From positions 33,059 through 97,058 of the IMG/VR virus record IMGVR_UViG_3300037845_000036: 64,000 bases of DNA; one strand, given 5' to 3'. Position numbers and translations under genes: made by a program. The DNA is from a virus. This document shows, piece by piece, positions 1 to 7,429 of this stretch (positions within the stretch are counted from its first letter, which is position 1; each line of letters begins with the position of its first letter). The notes beneath the pieces are model-generated. The model saw only the letters and a program-made list of their open reading frames with translations, made no database searches and was not told the origin of the DNA.

Positions 1-241
1 TAACGGTTGCTCCGCCCATAGCCAAATATTGTGTTCTTTCCAAACGCGCAAAGCGATTGATATTTTCTGAGTGGCGCCCTTCGCTAATCGTCTCATGCTG
101 ATCTAATTTTCGATCTAGCCCATCATTCACCTTTTCCTGAACGCGAACATGATCCTCAAGCCTGCGCCCGAGTTCAGCGGTGCTGATGTCATCGTGCCGG
201 CGACCGCGATCCTCACCACCTTCTCTTCTCCACCACCCCAT
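1..241 (-). CDS. Lysis-region coiled-coil/membrane protein (partial, runs off window start)
   Basis: Manually translated from ATG at 241: MGWWRREGGEDRGRRHDDISTAELGRRLEDHVRVQEKVNDGLDRKLDQHE...YLAMGGATV; open to the window edge. Confidence 0.55.
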   Translation of the reverse strand, partial: MGWWRREGGEDRGRRHDDISTAELGRRLEDHVRVQEKVNDGLDRKLDQHETISEGRHSENINRFARLERTQYLAMGGATV

Positions 242-249
242 TGTGGCCC

Positions 250-933
250 CTACGGAGTAAACTTTGGCGCACGGTGCCGAGCGCTGTATCGAGTCGCCCG
301 ATATGAAAGAGGACCGCCTAAGTACATCGCCGTCACCTGAGTCCATGCGCCGCCTTCGTACAGGCTTTGATAGCCACCGGGTAACAACGTCGGACAGGGA
401 CCAGCAAGCTTCTTCTGATAATCCCATGGACCGGGGCCGACAGAGAAATACGCCGGCAGTACAAAATCAGATATCTTGATCCCGTTCACGTCGATCGCCA
501 GCGCATCGTCTTCAACTGGGTCTGCCAACTCAGCTAACGCTACGCGACCGTCTCCCAGAGTGACAGTCTTGTTGATCGTTGGATTTCCGCGAAGCTCGAA
601 TGATTCGTGGCTAACATCGACGGTCCACGAAATCCCGTAACGTATACAGTCTCCAACGAAACACCGACCGAAAATCACTCCAGACTGATCGTCATGAAAC
701 CCGCCGACAGATGGATCGGCGCTACTGTTGTTAAGAAAAATTGGCCACCGTGGGTCGCCTGCCGCCGGCATTTGCCCGAATGGCATAAACGAATAGGTGC
801 AGGGATCAAATCCCCACGCTGGGCGCAATAGCGCATCGTCAGCGACTTGGAGTGCTGCCACAACGGTTGCGGCCTCCGCGTCGCGGAGCACCTTGCTTGC
901 GTTGACGATTACGATAGCCGTCATCACCTTCAT
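250..933 (-). CDS. Putative zinc-metallopeptidase-like protein
   Basis: GFHDD, VSHESFE and ELADPVE motifs resemble metal ligands; ATGA overlap with upstream gene. Confidence 0.5.
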   Translation of the reverse strand: MKVMTAIVIVNASKVLRDAEAATVVAALQVADDALLRPAWGFDPCTYSFMPFGQMPAAGDPRWPIFLNNSSADPSVGGFHDDQSGVIFGRCFVGDCIRYGISWTVDVSHESFELRGNPTINKTVTLGDGRVALAELADPVEDDALAIDVNGIKISDFVLPAYFSVGPGPWDYQKKLAGPCPTLLPGGYQSLYEGGAWTQVTAMYLGGPLSYRATRYSARHRAPKFTP

Positions 934-1085
934 CCACGAAACAAGAGAACTATCAAAACTATCAGGAGGATGAGGCCAATCCCGCCGCCGCCATAGCCAT
1001 AGTGCGCTGGGAAATAACCGCCATATGCCCCTCCAAACCCGCCACAGACGAGGAGCAGAACAACGATTAAGAGAAGTAAACCCAT
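930..1085 (-). CDS. Small two-TM membrane protein, DUF3309-like
   Basis: Manual translation MGLLLLIVVLLLVCGGFGGAYGGYFPAHYGYGGGGIGLILLIVLIVLLFRG (51 aa). Confidence 0.75.
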   Translation of the reverse strand: MGLLLLIVVLLLVCGGFGGAYGGYFPAHYGYGGGGIGLILLIVLIVLLFRG

Positions 1086-1096
1086 GATATCACCCG

Positions 1097-1266
1097 CTAC
1101 AAATGAATGGGAAACACTACGAGACCAATGATCATTGTCAGGATGACTAGCAGGATATCGCCTCCCGCATTAACCCACACGGCCCCGTAAATGGATAATT
1201 GCGACGGACACCGAAGAAGGCCCAGATAATCCAGCAAACCCAATAGACGACGGAGATCGGTGTCAT
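1097..1266 (-). pseudogene. Small two-TM membrane protein interrupted by a -1 frameshift (or sequencing error)
   Basis: MTPISVVYWVCWIIWAFFGVRRNYPFTG stops early in frame; the -1 frame continues AVWVNAGGDILLVILTMIIGLVVFPIHL*; shift falls at a G4 run. Confidence 0.45.
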
Positions 1267-1279
1267 CACGTCTCTCCTT

Positions 1280-1732
1280 TTACGCTGCCGGGGTCACGAC
1301 AACAGTAGGCGGAAGGGGCGGTGGTACAACAGGTACAGCGGGCGAAGGGGTAGGCGCAGTAACCTCCACCTTGTGCGCGCCAGGGGGTAATGGCAAAACG
1401 CCCGTGGTTTGTTTCTCGTCTGTTGGTGCCGGCACAGTGATGATGTTCGGTCCAGAGGCAACTGGCTGAGGCGACGGGACATTCCAAGCTGCGGGTGCCG
1501 TAAAGCCGAGTTTACCGGACGCACCTGGGAATAACCAATGCGCAAGACCCGTGAGGATCGCGCCCATTAGCAGGATTAGCGCCTGTTGATATTGTGGATC
1601 AGAAAAGATCTGTACGCCAAATGCCTTATTTAAGGCAAGACTAATCATCGTAGCGAGGCCGCCAAGCACTTCCGGTGAAGTGAATATGCTTGTCGTGAAT
1701 GCGACTTGGGCTGGCTTATCAGGCGGGTTCAT
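1280..1732 (-). CDS. Holin-like membrane protein with Pro-rich tail
   Basis: Two N-terminal hydrophobic helices; overlaps the endolysin stop. Confidence 0.55.
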   Translation of the reverse strand: MNPPDKPAQVAFTTSIFTSPEVLGGLATMISLALNKAFGVQIFSDPQYQQALILLMGAILTGLAHWLFPGASGKLGFTAPAAWNVPSPQPVASGPNIITVPAPTDEKQTTGVLPLPPGAHKVEVTAPTPSPAVPVVPPPLPPTVVVTPAA

Positions 1733-2187
1733 GCCATAGCCTCTAGTAATAGATATAGATCCATCTCTTGTTCCCGACGTTTTGTCAATCCAGCAAGCGC
1801 GACAAGTACCCCATCGACATGAGATTTATTCCAAAATAGAAATGCATCGGCGGCGCCTTGATATTTACCCGCTCTGTGAAGCCGTAACACAGTAGATCCC
1901 CGGAATGCGCCAATGCCAATATTGAAAGTTAGGCTCACCATAGCAGAAAATTGATTGTCTGTCGTAGATACGTCGCTGGTTACACCATTGACGCCCTCAC
2001 ACGCCGATGAAACATCTGCAGCTAGCAAGGCATCAGCCTGCTCTTCGGTAATCGTTGTCCCCATCGTGGCAGGAGTGTGGCCCCAACCAATAGTGGGGAT
2101 CCCTGCCGGATCAAGGTAAGCGTTTAGCTGGAGACTCTCGCCAGTTTTGATGATAGCGAGACCGGCAGCATTTATTTGTCGCATCAT
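1729..2187 (-). CDS. Endolysin, GH24 phage lysozyme
   Basis: ESLQLNAYLDPAGIPTIGWGH (E-x8-D-x5-T), NQFSAMVSLTFNIG, GLTKRREQE; likely start MMRQIN at 2187 rather than 2226. Confidence 0.92.
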   Translation of the reverse strand: MMRQINAAGLAIIKTGESLQLNAYLDPAGIPTIGWGHTPATMGTTITEEQADALLAADVSSACEGVNGVTSDVSTTDNQFSAMVSLTFNIGIGAFRGSTVLRLHRAGKYQGAADAFLFWNKSHVDGVLVALAGLTKRREQEMDLYLLLEAMA

Positions 2188-2235
2188 CGCGTAAAGCATC
2201 GCCGGGGTGCCGAAGCACCCCAGCAAGCCTTCCGA

Positions 2236-2595
2236 TTACGGGCCAGGCGCGGTAGGCGCAGGCTGTTGCCCGGTAACGGCGTCCGTGCCAACGATGTCAT
2301 CGATCACGACAACCGCATAGTTGACGGTGATTACGAGTTCGGTATCGCCGGCACTGTCGGTCACGGGGATCACCATGCCCATCGTGTTGGCGCTAGGCTG
2401 CGTCAGCGCGTTGATCGTGAGCAAATTGGCGTTGATGGCAACATTGATCGCCGGACTCGGCGAAGTCGCCGTAAACGTATCGGTGGGCGGAACGGGTACC
2501 TGAGTGCTCGTCCCATCCACAACGAGACCGAGGGTCACGGTATGAACGTCGGTCGCCAAGAGATTGATGGTAAGGGTCTGCGGTGTGCCTGCCAT
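2236..2595 (-). CDS. Hypothetical beta-rich (Ig-like) protein
   Basis: AGGAAG RBS before ATG 2595; Thr/Val-rich alternating pattern. Confidence 0.6.
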   Translation of the reverse strand: MAGTPQTLTINLLATDVHTVTLGLVVDGTSTQVPVPPTDTFTATSPSPAINVAINANLLTINALTQPSANTMGMVIPVTDSAGDTELVITVNYAVVVIDDIVGTDAVTGQQPAPTAPGP

Positions 2596-2608
2596 GGTGG
2601 TCTTCCTT

Positions 2609-2815
2609 TCAGGGGGGTGGTGGTTGCGTTGTAATAACATCGCTGACAGCTACGATTTGGAATTTCTGTCTCTCAACGTCCTTGATAATCCGGTCAACCC
2701 GCAGAAATAATTTATATAGCATCCAACCAATTTCAATTTCTGCGTCGGTCGCGTTCTCCCAAGGGTCCGCGATGCCGTGCTCATCGTAAGCTTGGACAGG
2801 CGGGTTCATTCTCAA
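2609..2815 (-). CDS. Hypothetical protein
   Basis: 68-aa ORF in operon orientation. Confidence 0.5.
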   Translation of the reverse strand: MRMNPPVQAYDEHGIADPWENATDAEIEIGWMLYKLFLRVDRIIKDVERQKFQIVAVSDVITTQPPPP

Positions 2816-2857
2816 TGCATAACACGTTTCTTGTGTTCACGCTACCTCGGCTTATAC

Positions 2858-3415
2858 CTAGGGTAATTCCGTCCTCCGCGACAATTCTTTCGCCTGCGCG
2901 GCATCGCCGATTTCCGCCTCAACGATTTTCATTTGCGCTAGCCTATCTGCAAGGATTGCCTCAAGTTCGATTATGTGTTTTTCGGTGATGGCTACCGCAT
3001 CTAACTGCGCTGCTGTCGGTTCATGCCCCATCGCCTTAGCCATTTCGATAATGGTATTCAGCCCAACAAGGGTTATCTTGGTTTGGTCTAATTCCCCTTG
3101 GCGAGCAGCGGTCATATCGCTATTAACCAATGTATGAATCTGCTTCAACTGAGAAGCCGTATCTGCGGCATTGGTGCGCGCGACCGCCGCCACTTCATCC
3201 GTCTTGGCAATCGTAAGCTGCTGTGAACTATGCAATAATTTAGCCGCTATCGCAGCCTGTTCTGCCACGGCGTCCGCCTTGGCGGCGATGGCATCCTGCC
3301 TAGCAAAGTCTTCTACTCTTTCAGCGCGGCGTGTACGCCCCTGTAGCATAGTCAACAAAACTGGCGACGCAAAAGCAAGTCCCCCAACGATCAGCACCGC
3401 GATACCCTGATCCAT
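2858..3415 (-). CDS. Membrane-anchored coiled-coil protein (lysis region)
   Basis: N-terminal TM helix then Ala-rich heptads. Confidence 0.65.
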   Translation of the reverse strand: MDQGIAVLIVGGLAFASPVLLTMLQGRTRRAERVEDFARQDAIAAKADAVAEQAAIAAKLLHSSQQLTIAKTDEVAAVARTNAADTASQLKQIHTLVNSDMTAARQGELDQTKITLVGLNTIIEMAKAMGHEPTAAQLDAVAITEKHIIELEAILADRLAQMKIVEAEIGDAAQAKELSRRTELP

Positions 3416-3418
3416 GCA

Positions 3419-3577
3419 CTAAACCTTGACCATGCAATTCAGCACTATCGCTAACCCTATCGCTAAGAGGATAGCAGTCACAACTTCACTTCGCGTCACA
3501 ATCCTGTTCCATCCGCGTGACGACATTGAGTTGCGGACGAAGCGCCCGCGCTGGTCACGATCGGCATCAGTTTTCAT
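3419..3577 (-). CDS. Small membrane protein
   Basis: Manual translation MKTDADRDQRGRFVRN...VVTAILLAIGLAIVLNCMVKV (52 aa). Confidence 0.45.
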   Translation of the reverse strand: MKTDADRDQRGRFVRNSMSSRGWNRIVTRSEVVTAILLAIGLAIVLNCMVKV

Positions 3578-3584
3578 GATTGAC

Positions 3585-3815
3585 AGATTTGTAGAGCATC
3601 GCCTATATTCCCTGCCACCTACGGGACGTTGGCTGTGGTGGCCATCGAAGCGGGTCTAACCAGCCCGGTAGTTCTCGCGAAACCGGATGCATACGGTCTA
3701 GCATCAGAGAATCGTCCCCATATTCGGCACTACGGGTGAGCGGACGCCTAGCGACCAATCGCCCATTCCGGGGGCAGCCAACAACCGTTGGAGCGGTGGG
3801 CTGCCTTCCGTGTTT
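3585..3815 (-). ncRNA. Candidate structured non-coding RNA
   Basis: No protein-like ORF; stems GGCAGCC/GGCTGCC, GATGC/GCATC, CCGGT/ACCGG, CGGG/CCCG, GGGACG/CGTCCC, GCCACC/GGTGGC; strand inferred from operon. Confidence 0.4.
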
Positions 3816-3823
3816 TTGCGCAT

Positions 3824-3845
3824 GCCTTTAATCATGCTTAACGGT
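3824..3845. promoter_or_regulatory. Dyad site ACCGTTAA-N6-TTAAAGGC (minus orientation)
   Basis: GCCTTTAA-TCATGC-TTAACGGT; arms identical to those of the site at 62929-62950. Confidence 0.55.
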
Positions 3846-3852
3846 TGTGCCG

Positions 3853-3966
3853 TCATCCCGCAATATCCAGCACGACGCCCCATGCGAGCGCCAGCAGCGC
3901 GAGCACGAAGACGGCATCCGAGCGGATAATGCGGAAGGCGAGATCAGCGGTTGCCCGTATTGTCAT
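3853..3966 (-). CDS. Small single-TM peptide
   Basis: GAGGAG RBS; MTIRATADLAFRIIRSDAVFVLALLALAWGVVLDIAG (37 aa). Confidence 0.5.
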   Translation of the reverse strand: MTIRATADLAFRIIRSDAVFVLALLALAWGVVLDIAG

Positions 3967-3974
3967 TTCTCTCC

Positions 3975-4721
3975 TCATTGCGGCACATAACTCGCGATGA
4001 TCGGTTGAGCGATCGGCACCAGCAGCGATTGCCCAAGCGCTGTAGGATGGATCAGATCGGTGTTGTAATACAGCGTGTTCGTCAGGTTTGCCGGGTTTCC
4101 CATAATCGGCTGCGAAGCGAAGTCGATCACCCCGTCAATCCCGTTCGCAATCTGCCAAGCCGCGTTTGTCAGCGTCGCATTGTAGGCGAGCCGGTTCGGC
4201 TCCGTCATTGTGCCGTCGCCGCGTGGCAGCAGCGTCGTCAGAAGGATCTTGTCAAACCCGGCCGTTCGGCGCAGTTGCGCGTTTGCGGCCACAGCAGCGG
4301 CGTAGAGCGCAGGCGTCGCGTAGCTGTCGATCGCGCCATCGTTTGAGCCGATTGCGCAGATATATTCATAGACACGACGCTGCCCGCCGGGGAAACTCTT
4401 GACCGCCGCAATCGGGTCAACCCACGTCAGCGCAATGCTCGTGACGGGGTTGCTGCCCGCAGCAAGCCGCGTTCCGCTGATCGCCATGTTGCGCATAAGG
4501 ATGTTACCACTCTGATAGGTGGCAAATCCCTGCATCGTCGGTTGGCCGCAGTCGCCTACCCCGACGACATTCAATAGTTGGAAAGGCCAATCGTTATTAG
4601 AAGAATAACATCCCGTAATGCTGTCGCCTGTGATGGCGAGGACGATAAGTCCGGCGGCGTGGGCAGCGACGGTCCCGAGCAGGCAGCAACTCAGAACTAC
4701 CGCGCCGAGTAACCGCTTCAT
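3975..4721 (-). CDS. SGNH/GDSL hydrolase with Sec signal peptide
   Basis: GDSIT, ISGT, IGSND and DLIHP blocks; signal MKRLLGAVVLSCCLLGTVAAHA. Confidence 0.85.
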   Translation of the reverse strand: MKRLLGAVVLSCCLLGTVAAHAAGLIVLAITGDSITGCYSSNNDWPFQLLNVVGVGDCGQPTMQGFATYQSGNILMRNMAISGTRLAAGSNPVTSIALTWVDPIAAVKSFPGGQRRVYEYICAIGSNDGAIDSYATPALYAAAVAANAQLRRTAGFDKILLTTLLPRGDGTMTEPNRLAYNATLTNAAWQIANGIDGVIDFASQPIMGNPANLTNTLYYNTDLIHPTALGQSLLVPIAQPIIASYVPQ

Positions 4722-5542
4722 CAGACGGCACCAAAGGCGTGGAGCAGCGTGTGGTTGCGATTATAAATTGCCGTAATCTGCGTGCCCGTCAGGGCGCCGC
4801 CAGCAAAATACAATGCTGGGAGGAAGTTTCCCGGATCAGACACGATGTCGGTGTTTGGCACGGCAGACGACTCAACAGTGTACGCGGTGATTAATGTCCC
4901 ATTGTGATAGAGCGAATAGCCGCTTGACGACGTGCGACTAATGACCCAAAAGCCCGAGCTATCGCCCGCATTTGCGGAACTCTGCTCCGGGGATGCGTTG
5001 TTCAGGAGCGTCGGCGTCGTGTCGTTGGAATACTGCGGCCAGATTTCTACAAGGGTATCGGTGGAGTCCTTGATGAGCGGGGTATTGAACTGTGCCGTCG
5101 TCAGATTCCATGAACCAATCGAGGCTGAGTTCTTCGTATAGTTGCCGCCCGCTGTCGTCGGGTTGAAGGCACTGTCCATGCTTGGCAGATTAGGACTCGC
5201 CCCCGTCCAGCCTTGATATGCCGTGAACGCTGGTACACCGCCGGCCTCAACTTCTTGTGGGTAGAAATTGCCCGAGATCAGATTGACGGCAGATGTGCCC
5301 TCGTCAGGCGCGGCACGAACAACAAGCACGTCGAGCGACGGCCAAACACCATCCGCAACCAACCCATCAATATATGCCGCGTAGAGTGCTTGGTTGGCTG
5401 GTGACGGCAGGGTGATGAGCCGGTTGAAGAACTGCGCGACTTGCGCTGATGGCGCTCCGCCTCCACTCCGTAGCAGTATGGCGCGAGCCGGCGTCGCTGC
5501 TAAAAGCCCCAATCCAGCAATTACGGCTCGGCGGTGGATCAA
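4721..5542 (-). CDS. ConA/LamG-like beta-sandwich tail-associated protein with Tat-type signal peptide
   Basis: MIHRRAVIAGLGLLAATPARA; YIDGLVADGVWPSLD; GFWVISRTSS..LYHNG; ALTGTQITAIY. Confidence 0.6.
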   Translation of the reverse strand: MIHRRAVIAGLGLLAATPARAILLRSGGGAPSAQVAQFFNRLITLPSPANQALYAAYIDGLVADGVWPSLDVLVVRAAPDEGTSAVNLISGNFYPQEVEAGGVPAFTAYQGWTGASPNLPSMDSAFNPTTAGGNYTKNSASIGSWNLTTAQFNTPLIKDSTDTLVEIWPQYSNDTTPTLLNNASPEQSSANAGDSSGFWVISRTSSSGYSLYHNGTLITAYTVESSAVPNTDIVSDPGNFLPALYFAGGALTGTQITAIYNRNHTLLHAFGAV

Positions 5543-7338
5543 TGCACTCGCGCCTTCAATTCCTCAATCTCGACTTGCTGCTGCTGAACAGCGTGCCAGA
5601 GAACAGGAACCAACCCCATGTAGTCGAGCCGAACCGGGTTGCCTGCTGTATCGTCTCGCACGAGCGATCCCAACGCCGACACCTTCGCAACGTCCTCCGC
5701 CAAGAACCCAAACTGCTCCCGCTCTCCCCGGTCGCCGTGCTCGCTGTCGTAGCGGAAGTTCTTTGCTGGGATTGCCATGACCTCGGAAAGTCCGGCACTC
5801 ACATCAGCGATACCGCGCTTAAAATGCATCGATGATGTCGTCAAACAGATCCCGCCAGTCCCCGTGCCGTAGTAGAATTGTCCGGTGCTGGTCACATCAC
5901 ACACCGTTGCATCGCTCTGTCCGGTATCGGCCGCAAGAGTCGCCACGAGCGATCCGGCAAGCGTCACGAGGTTGCTGCTAATGTTCCAGGTTAGAACCGG
6001 CGTGAATGATGCGCTTCCGGCACCTCCGCTAGTATTGTATCCCAACGCCGATGTCGAGTTACCCGTTGCCCCAATGCCCATATAATATGTACCTGTCCCA
6101 CCTATTTGAATTGCCATGCTATTGTTGGAAGTAGCTATGGATAATCCCTTGGTCCCGCTGCTTATTGATAAATTACCTCCAACACTAGCATTACCGCCAA
6201 AATTAACAGTCGGCGTAAAATACCACGAATTACTTTGTGTCTTGTTATAGTCCAGCTTGTCCGCGCCGCCCACGGCAACCTCAATCTCACCAGAGGCGGG
6301 AAGAAATATTCCCGTCGTCGCATCGGTCGAGAAGCTATACGTCGGCGCCCCAACCGTCCCACTCGGCGCCGCAAGCTGCGTCGGCAGCGCCGGTGCCCCA
6401 TCCGATCGCGTGAAATTTGAAGATGAGCCGGGCACTGCCGTCCATCCAATCGTTGCAGTCGGATTGGCTCCGCTTGCGCCCGCGCTGTTCGTCCCGAAGA
6501 AATCGAGATGCACGCCATCCGCGTTGGCAACGAAGGTGCCCTGTGCGCCGGGGACAAGCGGCGAGGAAACGCCCGTAAGGGTCAGGCCAGTGTTGTTGGC
6601 CAACGTCCAGTTAGCGGCGCCGTTGTTCGCCACCGCGAGCGACATTCCGGGAGCGAAGATCGTCGAAGACGCGGCCGGGAGGGTGAGGGTGTTGCTCGAT
6701 CCGGTGAGGACGAGCGCGCCAGCCATGTCGGTGGCGGCGACTTGGTAGCTGGATGACTTTGTGTTGTCAGTAAGAATGTTATTAACTGAAGCCGACCCCG
6801 CTGACCCGCCAACAAGAAAGCTATTCCCAAACGTTTCTGTCGTTGTATTCGTAACGCTATGCGTTCCGTCAGTCACAGTGAGGGGACTACTACCCCCACC
6901 GCTACCCCCGCCAGGCCCAGCACCCAACATGGCACCAGACCCGACAGAGATAGTAAGCGTTGTCGTACTAGAGGCGGTGATCGCGGCGATGTATGTGGCG
7001 GCATTGACGGCCAACAAAAAGCAGGTAGGAGATGCAGCGGTTCCCCCCGGTATTGCAAAGTTCGCGGTTGTCGCCGTTACTGTACTTCCACCGAATGCTA
7101 CATATGCAGCATTTGCACCAGTATTGCACACCCACGCTGATGGGGGTGCCTGATTAACAACTCCTACCCATCCCAATGAGACATTACTTGACGTGTTGGA
7201 GACTGACAGGGACGCGCTACTAACCTGTGTCCAACCGGCTGGGTAAGTCGTTACATTTTGATTAGGAGCGGCGCGCGGCGATGCTGATCCCCAGAACAAG
7301 GCTAGGGATACAGCCAAAAAAACGAACAGCCGAGACAT
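5539..7338 (-). CDS. Tail fibre/spike with C-terminal intramolecular chaperone (peptidase S74) and Sec signal peptide
   Basis: TSSMHFKRGI, KNFRY, FGFLAEDV, LDYMGLVPVLWHAVQQQQVEIEELK; N-terminal MSRLFVFLAVSLALFWGSASPRA. Confidence 0.85.
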   Translation of the reverse strand: MSRLFVFLAVSLALFWGSASPRAAPNQNVTTYPAGWTQVSSASLSVSNTSSNVSLGWVGVVNQAPPSAWVCNTGANAAYVAFGGSTVTATTANFAIPGGTAASPTCFLLAVNAATYIAAITASSTTTLTISVGSGAMLGAGPGGGSGGGSSPLTVTDGTHSVTNTTTETFGNSFLVGGSAGSASVNNILTDNTKSSSYQVAATDMAGALVLTGSSNTLTLPAASSTIFAPGMSLAVANNGAANWTLANNTGLTLTGVSSPLVPGAQGTFVANADGVHLDFFGTNSAGASGANPTATIGWTAVPGSSSNFTRSDGAPALPTQLAAPSGTVGAPTYSFSTDATTGIFLPASGEIEVAVGGADKLDYNKTQSNSWYFTPTVNFGGNASVGGNLSISSGTKGLSIATSNNSMAIQIGGTGTYYMGIGATGNSTSALGYNTSGGAGSASFTPVLTWNISSNLVTLAGSLVATLAADTGQSDATVCDVTSTGQFYYGTGTGGICLTTSSMHFKRGIADVSAGLSEVMAIPAKNFRYDSEHGDRGEREQFGFLAEDVAKVSALGSLVRDDTAGNPVRLDYMGLVPVLWHAVQQQQVEIEELKARVH

Positions 7339-7429
7339 TCTTCCCTCGCGCCCGTTCGTCGCTGTCCGTTGCGGCGATCTCGGGTGTCAATCCCTGACGA
7401 GGGACTGGTATTCTATAACAAATTCACAT

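Noticed and set aside
3595-3645. HDV-like ribozyme
   Set aside because: P1-like stem present, but the L3 loop is too short and P2 pairing is poor
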